64,000 bases of DNA, taken from assembly GCA_043781235.1 (NCBI GenBank), contig JAYWBT010000182.1:140-64139 (forward strand). The letters run 5' to 3'. The DNA is from Deltaproteobacteria bacterium. Its GTDB lineage: Bacteria; Myxococcota; Myxococcia; Myxococcales; 40CM-4-68-19. Made by a program: the position numbers and the translations under genes. Positions 8,323 through 17,226 of the stretch are shown here, piece by piece. How positions within the stretch are numbered: position 1 is the first letter of the stretch; each line of letters opens with the position of its first letter. Under the pieces are notes generated by a model, which made no database searches, had not been told where the DNA came from, and saw nothing but the letters and a program-made list of their open reading frames with translations.

Positions 8323-10676
8323 TTGCCACCCAACACATCGACGCGCAGCGAGCCGGCTTCCGGCCGGCTCGGATCGTTGTCCACGCGCACGATCTCGTCT
8401 TGCGCGGGCCGGACGAAGTCGGGCATTGGCACCAGGCCGGGCGTGTACCCACGCCGGCGGTAGACGACGTCCACCACGCCGTCCACGCCGGGTACCTCCT
8501 GGACCGCCGCCTCGAGAGCGCTGCGCTCGAGGGCCACGCCGAAGGTGAAGCGATTGGGGTGGAAGAACCCGCTGGTCCCGTCGGCGTGCCTGCTGGCGTC
8601 CAAGGCCTTGAGTACGGCTTGCTTCACGTCGGCGCTGAACGCTCCGGGGCGCGCGCACACCGTGACGCCGAGATCGAGCGACGCGTACCGCGGGGCGAGG
8701 GTGAAGGACTCGTAACCGGCGAGGCGGTAGCGGTTGAGGAGACCGGTGAGGTCGGCGTTCGGGCCGGGCGAGAGCGATTCGCTGTCCTTCGGATCGACCG
8801 CGGTGAAGACGGTCAGCCAGCTCCCGGTGTACCGGAATGCGCTGCCCGCCCGCTGCACCCAGGGCAAAGTCATCGCCGCGTCCTCATAGTCCCCGGAGCG
8901 GACAGCACGGTACTGCTTTGCGCGGAATGCCTGCGGCGCCATCTCGCGCACTTGTTCCGCGGACTCGGCATCGCGGCCGCCAACGGCCGGCAGCGGATTG
9001 GCGGCCGAGACGATCTGCGACGCGATCCGATGGGCGGGGTCGACGCGGTTGATGGCGTTGGCGGCGAGGTTGCCGCGCGTGCCGCCCCCGGATCGATAGG
9101 TCACCTCGAAGACGGTGTCGTCCGCGGGGATCGCACCGAAGACACCGTCGCCGAAGCGGATGGTGTCGCCGTCGCTGCCGTCGTAGTCCGCCATTCCTTC
9201 GGCGGCGTCGGTGGCGCGGTACCGCATGGGATCGATGGTGACGATCTCCTTGATGGGAGTCGTATCCAGGAGGCTCCGGTACCAGGTCCACACCTTGCCG
9301 GCGGCGCCGAGCTCGGTCACGCGGAGCTCGGGCCGCGGCGACTCTGACGGATCGTCCTGCGCCAGCCAGGCCAGGGGCGCGTCGCGCAGCGTGTGGAGGA
9401 ATTGTGCGGTGTTGTTGGCGCCGGTGCGCACGATGGCCCGCGGCACGCCACGCGACGGCGTCCATGGTTTCCGCGTGGTGATGAAGCGCTCGGCGGAGCG
9501 ACGGCCTTGGGTCGCCGGGACGAGGTTGCCGCCGAGACGGGTCCGCGTCAGGTCGTGCTCGAAGCGCAACGCATCCTCCGCGCGCCAGGCAATGCGGACC
9601 AGCTGCACGCCGTAGAGCGGGTCGGTAATCGGAGGATCAACCTCGACGAGCCTGACGATCTCGCGCACCGGCGGATCGGCTTCCGGTTCCGCGGTGGTGT
9701 CGATGAGCACGAGCTGGTCGGGAGCGAGGGGCGTGGACCCCGGATCCTCGATCCACATCTCCGTGGCCCCGGGCAACAGGCACTGCTGCTGGTCGTCCCA
9801 CCAATACGGCCGCATCGCGTTCCATTCGGGCCTGGAGGGGTACGTGTCCTGGTTGTCGAGGCCGGTTCCGGTCTCGAAGTCCACCGAAGTACCGTCGGGC
9901 GCCAGCGCGCTGACCAGAAGCCCACCCGGGATGGGGTCGCTCGCCGTCGCGACCATCTCGAGCTCGAGCAAGACCCGCGCGGCCGTGGCGACGCGCGGCT
10001 CGTAGTCCACCAGCCGGGCCAACCGAACCAGCGACCGGCGCTGGGTGGCCGTCTCGATCCAGCCCTCCGCCGCGATCCGGTCCTGCTGGTAGCTGAGATC
10101 ATCCGCCACGCTGGCCAGGGCCTCCATGAACATGACGCCGAAGTCGGCTTCCGAGCGCTCTTGCCAGGCCGGGTACCGCAGCGCCGAGAAGTCGGACAGC
10201 GCCTTGCGGAAGCTCTGGAAGTCCTTCGCGAGGTAGTCGATGGGCGGCGCGGAGCCGGGCAGCGGCGGGCACTCCAGCTGCGGCGCCTCGCAATCGAGGG
10301 TCGATGGGCAGCCCGCCTTGAAGGAGAAATCGACGTGATCGAAGAACGGATCGAGCAGCGGGCTCGGGCTGGGCGGCACGGTGGCCGCGAGGAGGCGCAG
10401 CTGGTAGGTGGAGAAGTCGCCGGGCGAGGCGACCTGGAGGTCAAGCGTCGGCCGCCCCGCCCGGTCGGTGCCCCAGACGGGCGGAGTCACGACCGGCACC
10501 TGCGCGATGGTCTCGCCCCCGGTAATGCTTGCCTCCAGCGCCATCCGGCTGGGCGATGCGTTGATGAAGTGCACGCGGAGCCGCGTCTGACCGGGATCCA
10601 AGACCTCGACGAACTCGATGCCGTTCACCGTCGATTGAGACGCGAGCTTTGCTCGCCGGTCGTGTCCGGAGGTCAT
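8319..10676 (-). CDS. Baseplate J / gp6-like assembly protein (paralogue 1)
   Basis: ORF 8319..10913 trimmed to ATG 10676 (MTSGHDRRAKLASQSTVNGIEFVEVLD...IDYLAKDFQSFRKALSDFSALRYP...MFMEALASVADDLSYQQDRIAAEGWIETA). It starts 1 nt after the gp25 stop. Confidence 0.8.
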   Translation of the reverse strand: MTSGHDRRAKLASQSTVNGIEFVEVLDPGQTRLRVHFINASPSRMALEASITGGETIAQVPVVTPPVWGTDRAGRPTLDLQVASPGDFSTYQLRLLAATVPPSPSPLLDPFFDHVDFSFKAGCPSTLDCEAPQLECPPLPGSAPPIDYLAKDFQSFRKALSDFSALRYPAWQERSEADFGVMFMEALASVADDLSYQQDRIAAEGWIETATQRRSLVRLARLVDYEPRVATAARVLLELEMVATASDPIPGGLLVSALAPDGTSVDFETGTGLDNQDTYPSRPEWNAMRPYWWDDQQQCLLPGATEMWIEDPGSTPLAPDQLVLIDTTAEPEADPPVREIVRLVEVDPPITDPLYGVQLVRIAWRAEDALRFEHDLTRTRLGGNLVPATQGRRSAERFITTRKPWTPSRGVPRAIVRTGANNTAQFLHTLRDAPLAWLAQDDPSESPRPELRVTELGAAGKVWTWYRSLLDTTPIKEIVTIDPMRYRATDAAEGMADYDGSDGDTIRFGDGVFGAIPADDTVFEVTYRSGGGTRGNLAANAINRVDPAHRIASQIVSAANPLPAVGGRDAESAEQVREMAPQAFRAKQYRAVRSGDYEDAAMTLPWVQRAGSAFRYTGSWLTVFTAVDPKDSESLSPGPNADLTGLLNRYRLAGYESFTLAPRYASLDLGVTVCARPGAFSADVKQAVLKALDASRHADGTSGFFHPNRFTFGVALERSALEAAVQEVPGVDGVVDVVYRRRGYTPGLVPMPDFVRPAQDEIVRVDNDPSRPEAGSLRVDVLGGK

Positions 10677-10677
10677 T

Positions 10678-11064
10678 TCACACCACCCGCACGTCCACGC
10701 GCTGGGTCGCACGCGTTGACACCAGCACGTACTCGACCCGCACCCCGATCTGGTCCTCCTCCGGGGTGGCCTCGGGCGGCAGCACCTCGACCTTCCGCAC
10801 CGTGAGGTGCTCGGACAGCCAGGTCGCGAGAGCCTGCTGCACCAGCATCTGCGCGGTGGCCGAGACCGCGTCGGAGTTGCCGGCGAAGACCAGCGCCCGC
10901 AGGCCGCAGCCAAACTCCGGCAGGTCCGCGCGCTCGCCGGGCGAGGTCAGCAGCACCTGGAACACCATCTGCTTGACGTGGGCCTCATAATCCGCCCGCT
11001 GCGCCTGGCGCGACGCCGGGTCGATCCGGAACGGAAATGCATAGTCATGGCGCTCGGCCGGCAT
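10678..11064 (-). CDS. Baseplate wedge protein, GPW/gp25 family (Afp9-like)
   Basis: 128 aa. FPFRIDPASRQAQRADYEAHVKQMVFQVLLTSPGERADLPEFGCGLRALVF matches the gp25 signature (iL.T..GER...P.fG). Confidence 0.85.
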   Translation of the reverse strand: MPAERHDYAFPFRIDPASRQAQRADYEAHVKQMVFQVLLTSPGERADLPEFGCGLRALVFAGNSDAVSATAQMLVQQALATWLSEHLTVRKVEVLPPEATPEEDQIGVRVEYVLVSTRATQRVDVRVV

Positions 11065-11067
11065 CGG

Positions 11068-11400
11068 TCAGGTCCCCGCGCCGCGCGACTGCGTCGACGC
11101 AATCACCACGGTCCCCTGCATTCCGCCATCACCCGCGAGGCAAAACCCGACGCTCTCCTCGGTCAGCGATGGATCGCCGTCCGACGTGTGCCTCTCGGCA
11201 TGCACGTCCCATTGCACCCGCACGCACGGGTGAGGCGAGTTCCCGATGGTGAAGGAGCACCCGCCGACGGTGCAGGTGTCGGTTGAGCGCACGACAAAGT
11301 TTCCCTCGGCTTTGACCCGCGTATTCGACGTGGAGGAGGTGACGGTTCCCCCGTGCGGGCAAGACAGCGAGCTGGTGGTGGTCAGGAAGTGCGAAGCCAT
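11068..11400 (-). CDS. PAAR-like / DUF4280-like spike-tip protein (Afp10-like)
   Basis: 110 aa, Cys/Gly-rich (LSCPHGGTVTSS...TCTVGGCSFTIGNSPHPCVRVQW...GFCLAGDGG). It lies between the spike and gp25 genes, as in other CIS loci. Its start shares 1 nt with the spike stop (TAATG). Confidence 0.65.
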   Translation of the reverse strand: MASHFLTTTSSLSCPHGGTVTSSTSNTRVKAEGNFVVRSTDTCTVGGCSFTIGNSPHPCVRVQWDVHAERHTSDGDPSLTEESVGFCLAGDGGMQGTVVIASTQSRGAGT

Positions 11401-11909
11401 TAGGTGACCTCCATCGCGCCGTCGTTGACGCTGACCTTGTCCTCGGTGACGGCAATCTTGCCGGACTTGCGGACGATGGTGACGCCGTCGCGATCGAGCG
11501 TCACGCGGTTCTCGTTAGAGTCGGTGATGATGATCGCGTGATCCTTGTCGTCGAAGACGATCTGCTGGTTGCCCTTGGTCTTGATCACCTTCACTTCCTT
11601 CTTGACGCGGGCGGGGAGCTGATTCTGGCGCCAGTAGCACCCGACCCAGATCGGGTACGAGACGTCGCCGCCCTCGAACTCGATCCACACGCCCGCGTCG
11701 ACCTCGGGCAGGAACGCGATCCCGGCCTGTTCGCCAGCGTAGGGCACGCACGGCATGCACCAGCCGGTCTCGAGATCGCCGAGCACCGCGGGGACCTTGG
11801 CCTTGATGCGCGCGGTCGGCTCATCGATCTGCGTGACCGTGCCCCGGTACTTTCCGTAGAACCGGCTCCGGATCCGCTCGACGAGCTCCATCAGGGTCTG
11901 TTCATTCAT
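11400..11909 (-). CDS. Spike protein, phage baseplate assembly protein V / gp5 OB-fold type (Afp8-like, short)
   Basis: 169 aa. FYGKYRGTVTQIDEPTARIKAKVPAVLGDLETGWCMPCVPYAGEQAGIAFLPEVDAGVWIEFEGGDVSYPIWVGCYW is the classic gpV motif. Confidence 0.85.
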   Translation of the reverse strand: MNEQTLMELVERIRSRFYGKYRGTVTQIDEPTARIKAKVPAVLGDLETGWCMPCVPYAGEQAGIAFLPEVDAGVWIEFEGGDVSYPIWVGCYWRQNQLPARVKKEVKVIKTKGNQQIVFDDKDHAIIITDSNENRVTLDRDGVTIVRKSGKIAVTEDKVSVNDGAMEVT

Positions 11910-11931
11910 TGCGGCGCCTTTCTCTTCCGGG

Positions 11932-13047
11932 TCAGGGCGAGCCGACCGCGTTGCGGACCAGCACGAACCTCATGCGATGCGCCTGCGCCGTGATGGTGTG
12001 GCGCACGCTCCAGACGAAGTAATTTCCCGAGTGGACCTTTCCGGCGCCATTGATCTGAACGACCCTGCCGACGCGCAGCACCTTGTGCAGCCGGGCAAGA
12101 TCGGTCTCTCCCTCGCAGCGCACGAACCAGCCGGCCTCGGTCAGCAGGGCCGCGGAGAGCCGCTGCAGCTCGCTGGTGCTGTCAGCAGCGGCGGTGAGTC
12201 GCGCCTCCATGGCCTTATCGGTCTGGCCGGTGAAGGCAGCAAGCGATCGAGCGTCCATCGGCGAAAGTCCGGATTGCGCTGAGTCTCCGCTCTGCGAGTC
12301 CTTGCTGGTGAGCAGCAACACCTTGGCGAGCGCCGTGCTGGGCCGCGCGATGTCCCACTCGAAGTCCAGCGCATCGACCGTGGCGGCGTCCGGCGGGTTC
12401 AGGGTCAGGGGCACGTCGTCCGGGGTCGAATCGATCTTGGGCGTGATGAAGTAGCCGGTGTTGCTTCCCGGCGTGGCGCCGCAACACACGCGGAAGAGCT
12501 TGCCGTTGCGGCGCGCCCGATCGCGCAGGAACTGGGCGTCGGTGGCCCGCTGCATGAGCGTGTGTCCGCTCTTGGTGTGCTGGGGCGAGTCGTCGTCCGT
12601 GTTCGCGTCTGCCGCGATGAAACCGTAGCTCTGGAAGATGACGTTCGCGGTCTTGCCGTCGGTGGTGTCCTCCCACTCGTGGACCTGCTCCTTCAGGTTC
12701 ATCAGGCACGAGACGTCCTGGCCCCACACCCGCAGCGTCGCCGCGGTCGTGCCGCGATCGAGGTGAATCTTGTGCGACAGGACATAGCCCTCGAAGATGC
12801 ACTCGCTCGTTCCACTTTCGGGAGTGGCCACGACCGCGATGCGCGCATACGGCTGGAATTCGTCTCTTCCGATGTTGGTGAGGTCCTCCGATCCGGCCGC
12901 GCCCATGGTGGCGATCGGCAGGGTGATCTCGATCGCGCCGGGCAGATCGGCGTTCTCCTCGACTTCCAGGGAGGTGAAGAGGTCGTAGAACCAGGCCGGC
13001 GCGGCCTGACCCGGATCACCGAACATCACCTGGAAGGTGTCGCCCAT
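11932..13047 (-). CDS. gpD / gp27-like baseplate hub (late control D family; VgrG N-terminal module as a separate gene)
   Basis: 371 aa. N-terminus FYDLFTSLEVEENADLPGAIEITLP...ARIAVVA...CIFEGYVLSHKIHLDRG resembles gpD/VgrG N-domains. It sits directly upstream of the spike gene. Confidence 0.7.
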   Translation of the reverse strand: MGDTFQVMFGDPGQAAPAWFYDLFTSLEVEENADLPGAIEITLPIATMGAAGSEDLTNIGRDEFQPYARIAVVATPESGTSECIFEGYVLSHKIHLDRGTTAATLRVWGQDVSCLMNLKEQVHEWEDTTDGKTANVIFQSYGFIAADANTDDDSPQHTKSGHTLMQRATDAQFLRDRARRNGKLFRVCCGATPGSNTGYFITPKIDSTPDDVPLTLNPPDAATVDALDFEWDIARPSTALAKVLLLTSKDSQSGDSAQSGLSPMDARSLAAFTGQTDKAMEARLTAAADSTSELQRLSAALLTEAGWFVRCEGETDLARLHKVLRVGRVVQINGAGKVHSGNYFVWSVRHTITAQAHRMRFVLVRNAVGSP

Positions 13048-13049
13048 GG

Positions 13050-13325
13050 TCAGCGGTCCTTCGCGGGGACGCCGACGAGGTCGCGCGCGGCCAGCGCGTC
13101 GGGGGCGATGGCGTCGCCGGCGTCACACAGCCGCCAGAACGCGGTCGCGTCGCCGAGGTAGCGCGAGGCGATCAGATCGGGACGCTGCGTGTCCACCCGC
13201 GGATGAAACCCGCGAATGGCCGGCCGCAAACGGATGGGCAGCCGGGTGACGGTGAAGGTCGCCCCGCTCGCCGTGCGCGCGGTATACGTGCCGGCGTTCG
13301 CGTAGCGGCTATTGGGGTAAAACAT
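13050..13325 (-). CDS. LysM-like small tail protein (P2 gpX-like)
   Basis: 91 aa. RPDLIASRYLGDATAFWRLCDAGDAIAPDALAARDLVGVPAKD resembles the degenerate LysM found next to hub genes in CIS loci. There is a 2-nt gap to the gpD-like start. Confidence 0.55.
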   Translation of the reverse strand: MFYPNSRYANAGTYTARTASGATFTVTRLPIRLRPAIRGFHPRVDTQRPDLIASRYLGDATAFWRLCDAGDAIAPDALAARDLVGVPAKDR

Positions 13326-13337
13326 GGTTCCTCATGG

Positions 13338-13982
13338 TCAAGGGAGCATGCCGATCACCGCGCGGGCTGCGTCGCCGAGGTTGGCCACGGCCCCCGCCAC
13401 GCGCAGGCCCTGGGTGTAGTGGTAGGCTCCGCTGGCGATCGGGCCCAACGGTCCGGAGACCGACCGCAGCTCGCTCGGCGTGAGCACGCGCAGCTCGATT
13501 TGCGCATCGGCATGCGTCGGATTGAGATCTTCGTCGTAGAGCTTCTCGGTGATCGTCAGGCTGGTCACCCGGACCGGCACGATCCGGGCCGCCCCCCAGA
13601 CGAACAACACCGTTGGCACCTGGGCGCTCGGGGTCGGTCGGCTCTCGCCGGCGGACGCCGGCAGCGGCGGACCCGAGGCGGTGGGAAAGAGCAGCATCTC
13701 CAGCGCGGCGAGCCGCGGATGGATCCCGAAACTCTTGGCCATCGCTCTGACCGCGAGATCCGGGTCAGCCAGCTGGTCGGTGACGTCCAACGAAACGCTG
13801 AACGAGAAGGTCTCGCCCGGCTCGCCGGTCACGGCGAGCGGGTTCGATCCGGACTGCCCCGATGCGGTCGCGGCCTGCGACCAGACATGGCGCAACGTCT
13901 CGGGGTTGTACTGGAAGATGACGACGTTCGGCACCCCGACCTCGAAGGCCGACATGTACTCGACCAGCGCGCCCTTCTTCAT
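13338..13982 (-). CDS. Tube-initiator / CIS tube-like protein (Afp5/Afp7-class)
   Basis: ORF 13338..14126 trimmed to ATG 13982 (MKKGALVEYMSAFEVGVPNVVIFQYNPETL...VLFVWGAARIVPVRVTSLTITEKLYDEDLNPTHADAQIELRVLT). This is the LxFxWG...v.i.slti.e..fd..l.P..A.v.l.l motif of CIS tube-domain proteins. ATGA overlap with the upstream stop. Confidence 0.6.
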   Translation of the reverse strand: MKKGALVEYMSAFEVGVPNVVIFQYNPETLRHVWSQAATASGQSGSNPLAVTGEPGETFSFSVSLDVTDQLADPDLAVRAMAKSFGIHPRLAALEMLLFPTASGPPLPASAGESRPTPSAQVPTVLFVWGAARIVPVRVTSLTITEKLYDEDLNPTHADAQIELRVLTPSELRSVSGPLGPIASGAYHYTQGLRVAGAVANLGDAARAVIGMLP

Positions 13983-14212
13983 GACCACCTCGCCAGCGCG
14001 TAGGACATCTCGGCCGCGATCCGTCGCGCCATCGACTCGAGCGCTTCTCCGGGGCGAGGTGCGACGCTCACGCGCAGCCGATCGGTGGCGAACGCCGCGC
14101 CGGGCGCATCCGCCGACGCCAGGCACTCCGCGACGAGTCCCGCGAGACGGCGCGCGTCCGCTTCGGAGAGCCCCTCCAGTCGAAGAGTCAGGCGATCGAC
14201 GTGCAGGTCCAT
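13979..14212 (-). CDS. 77-aa hypothetical CIS-embedded microprotein
   Basis: MDLHVDRLTLRLEGLSEADARRLAGLVAECL... Its stop overlaps the next start as ATGA (13979-13982) and its start lies 4 nt after the ATPase stop. GC3-rich. No recognisable family. Confidence 0.55.
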   Translation of the reverse strand: MDLHVDRLTLRLEGLSEADARRLAGLVAECLASADAPGAAFATDRLRVSVAPRPGEALESMARRIAAEMSYALARWS

Positions 14213-14216
14213 TGCC

Positions 14217-16328
14217 TCATCCCTCCAACTCGCCCGCGCGCAGGAGCAAACCGTGCTTGGCGAGCTCGCGCCGCCCCGCGTGCAGCACGTGCGCCATTCC
14301 GATCCGCGCGCCCTCGCTGCGCGCGAGGAAGGCAGCGCCCATCGCCGCGGCCTTGATGTCGGCTCCGCTCATGTCGAACCGTTGCGCGAGGAGATCCCAG
14401 TCGATCGAATCGAGCAGCTCCTCGCCGTTCGGCGCGCGCGCCGGAAGGGCCAGCGTCCAGAGGAGCCGGCGCTCGTCGACTCCCGGCGGGAGGAAGTCGA
14501 CCACGAAGCGGATCCGACGCAGGAAGGCAGTGTCGATGTCGCCCTTGCGGTTGGTCGCGAGGACGGCGATTCCGTCGAAGTTCTCCATGCGCTGCAGGAG
14601 GTAATCGATCCCGATGTTGGCGAACCGGTCCTGCGCGTCATTGACCTTGGTCCGCTGGCCAAAGAGCGCGTCGGCCTCGTCGAAGAAGAGCAGCACATTC
14701 GCTCGCTCGCAGGAGTCGAAGACCTGGCGCAGGTTCTTTTCGGTCTCGCCGATGTACTTGCTCATCACGCCGGCGAGATCGACCCGGTAGATCTCCATCC
14801 CGAGCGAGCGCGCGAGGACCTGCGCCGTCATGGTCTTTCCCATGCCGCTCTTTCCGGTGAACAGCGCCGCGATGCCACGACCCATGGGACAGAGCCGCCC
14901 GAAGCCCCAATCTTCATAGACAGGCCAGCGGAGCTTCGCCTGCGCCTCGAACTCTTCCAGGTGGCGCCTCACCGACGGTGGGAGGACGAGGTCGTCCCAG
15001 ACGTACGGACGGGGCAGGCGCGCCGCCAGCGAACCGGAGTCCGCCCGCAGGGTCGCGCGGCAGGCGTCTATCACTGCCTCGGGTCCCGCCCGTGCCACCG
15101 CCGCTGCGCGCGCGATATCCGAGGGCAGGAGTGGCCAGTCGAGCACTGGCGGTGGCACGGGCTCCCCGGACAGCTTCGACCACAGCCCGGAGCGCGCCGC
15201 GCGGGTCAGCGGAGGGAGCCGCACCGTGCGGCGGGCGGCGTCCTCGCTCACGGCGTGCGAGGCGGAGCCCGCGAGGCTGGTGCCGAAAAGCGACAGCGGA
15301 ACGCGCCGGGTGGCATCGCGCCAGGCGGCGGGAATTGCCTCGTCGGCGTCGTGCCAGTAGACGACGGCGCGCAGGAGCCGGGCAGTCCGGGTCACCTGCA
15401 CGAACGCCTCGGCGGCCGCCGCCGGGTCCACGCCGGCGCCCATCAGTTTGCCGGCGTCGGCGACCAGCAGCGCGAGGTCGAACTCGTCGCACAGCTGCAT
15501 CGCGAGCGTGCGCTTGCCGGCTCCGGCAGCACCCGCGATCAGGATCTCGATCGACTGCTCGTCATCCTTCGAAAGCGTGCGGACGAAGGACGTCATCGCT
15601 GCGAGGTCGGCAGGGTAGAGGCAGTGGACCTTGCGGGCGGCCGAGGGTGGCACGAGCCTGGCCGCGCCTCCCAGGCGCGGATCGAGCGAGATTCCGTGCA
15701 AGAGACAGGTGGCGATGTGAGGGTCGATCACCCAAGACGCGGTGACCGACCAGGGATTGGCTTGTCCGTCCGAAGGTCGCGCCATCCTCCAGCGAAGGAG
15801 CGCGGAGTCCGGTCCGACCTGCGTGCCGGCCGGCCACTGGAAGAGCTGCCGCGCCAGCCACGGAGTCGGAAGGCTGCTGGTCGCGTCGTCGTGGATGTAT
15901 CCGAAGACGCGACGGAGCCAGGGGTCCGCCTCGACCGCGAGGGCCAGCGTCAGGAGATCCACCTCGGGATCGCGCAGGCCAAAGTCGAGTCGGAACCGGC
16001 CGAGAATTTCGTCCGCGGCGGTGGCGAGATCGGCGGCACGGATCGGGGCGTCCAGATCGCGCACCGCCGGATCGCTGTCGTAGAACGCAAGCTCGGCGCG
16101 GGCGAGCTGGTCCGGATCGGCCAGGACCCGGTCGACCTCAACATGCGAGATCGCAAGGCCCTGCCCGCCGGTGGCGTCGCCCGCCCAGAGGCTCCGGAGC
16201 CAGAGCACACGGCGGCGGGCGCGCAGGCGAATGCGGGTCAGGAAGGCCGGCTCCGTCGCGGAATGCTCCGCGGCGATCGTCAGCCGGTCGCCCCTCCCGG
16301 ACCTCATCTCGCGCGACGCTTCCCTCAT
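14217..16328 (-). CDS. AAA+ ATPase, Afp15/Pvc15-like CIS assembly ATPase
   Basis: 703 aa. Walker A GKSGMGKT, Walker B LLFFDEADALF, second-region motifs ATNRKGDIDTAFLRRIRFVVDF, and a long non-ATPase N-terminal domain. ATGA overlap with the upstream stop (16325-16328). Confidence 0.9.
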   Translation of the reverse strand: MREASREMRSGRGDRLTIAAEHSATEPAFLTRIRLRARRRVLWLRSLWAGDATGGQGLAISHVEVDRVLADPDQLARAELAFYDSDPAVRDLDAPIRAADLATAADEILGRFRLDFGLRDPEVDLLTLALAVEADPWLRRVFGYIHDDATSSLPTPWLARQLFQWPAGTQVGPDSALLRWRMARPSDGQANPWSVTASWVIDPHIATCLLHGISLDPRLGGAARLVPPSAARKVHCLYPADLAAMTSFVRTLSKDDEQSIEILIAGAAGAGKRTLAMQLCDEFDLALLVADAGKLMGAGVDPAAAAEAFVQVTRTARLLRAVVYWHDADEAIPAAWRDATRRVPLSLFGTSLAGSASHAVSEDAARRTVRLPPLTRAARSGLWSKLSGEPVPPPVLDWPLLPSDIARAAAVARAGPEAVIDACRATLRADSGSLAARLPRPYVWDDLVLPPSVRRHLEEFEAQAKLRWPVYEDWGFGRLCPMGRGIAALFTGKSGMGKTMTAQVLARSLGMEIYRVDLAGVMSKYIGETEKNLRQVFDSCERANVLLFFDEADALFGQRTKVNDAQDRFANIGIDYLLQRMENFDGIAVLATNRKGDIDTAFLRRIRFVVDFLPPGVDERRLLWTLALPARAPNGEELLDSIDWDLLAQRFDMSGADIKAAAMGAAFLARSEGARIGMAHVLHAGRRELAKHGLLLRAGELEG

Positions 16329-17221
16329 GGCACGTCCAGCCAGATCTCCATCAGCGGCTTGCCCGCGTCTGGCCGCACGGAGAGGAGGTATCGTCCCGGC
16401 GGAGTGGATTGCGGAATCTGGACCTCCAGCGTGGTCGGACTGACAACACGAAACTGGCCGGGCGTGAGTGGGCTGTTGGTGGTCGCCTCGAGCGGGAGCG
16501 CGCGAATCCGCGCCTCGGTCCCGCCGACGACGAAGCCCGTGAAGCTCCGGTCGGTGATGATGATCGTGGCGAGCCCCGTCGCGGAGGCGGTCGCGGTGAG
16601 CTCGATCGATCCGGGGATGATCTCGAACGCCTCGACCTCGTGGGGCCGCTTGAAGTCGGGCGCTTTCAGCACCGGTTTCGGCGCCTTCGGCGGCGGCGGC
16701 TCGATGAAGATGACGCTGGCCCGGTAGACCGCCGAGAGCCGCATCGGGCTGCTGATCGACTGCCAGAGCCTACCGGTCTCGTCGATCGTCTGGGGCTCGA
16801 GGGTGAGCGTAAACTCCTCGCTCCGATCTCCCGGGGGCACCGTGGCGCTGATGCTGGAGTGCTCGTGGAAGCACTTGAGGGCGATGCTCATCGCCTGCTG
16901 CTCCGCGATGTAGGACTTCGACGAATGGGCCGTGACCAGGTAATAGAGCGTGAGCGCGAGCGGCTGTTCGGGGATCTTCTGTGCGCTGCCGCCCGTCGGA
17001 AATGTGTTGCGATAGAATTTGTCCGGGGCGACGTGGAACAGGTAGACGCTGACCTGACAGCCGTCCTCCGCCCGCGCGGCGTCCGGCGCCAGGCCGGTCC
17101 AGGAAAAAGTGGGCGCGGAGCCCGGGTCGTCGACCCATAGCTGGGACGCGCGCACGCACGCTTTCAAGTGGTCGATCAGCCGATCGGTCACGATGGAGAG
17201 ATCGAGGAGTCCCAGCGTCAT
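16325..17221 (-). CDS. DUF4255 / Pvc16-Afp16-like tail terminator (cap) with C-terminal Ig-like extension
   Basis: ORF 16325..17680 trimmed to ATG 17221 (MTLGLLDLSIVTDRLIDHLKA...VSVYLFHVAPDKFYRN...LALTLYYLVTAH), the DUF4255 signature. The C-terminus (...PGRYLLSVRPDAGKPLMEIWLDVP) looks like an Ig/IPT-like beta-sandwich. Confidence 0.75.
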   Translation of the reverse strand: MTLGLLDLSIVTDRLIDHLKACVRASQLWVDDPGSAPTFSWTGLAPDAARAEDGCQVSVYLFHVAPDKFYRNTFPTGGSAQKIPEQPLALTLYYLVTAHSSKSYIAEQQAMSIALKCFHEHSSISATVPPGDRSEEFTLTLEPQTIDETGRLWQSISSPMRLSAVYRASVIFIEPPPPKAPKPVLKAPDFKRPHEVEAFEIIPGSIELTATASATGLATIIITDRSFTGFVVGGTEARIRALPLEATTNSPLTPGQFRVVSPTTLEVQIPQSTPPGRYLLSVRPDAGKPLMEIWLDVP

Positions 17222-17226
17222 GGCCG

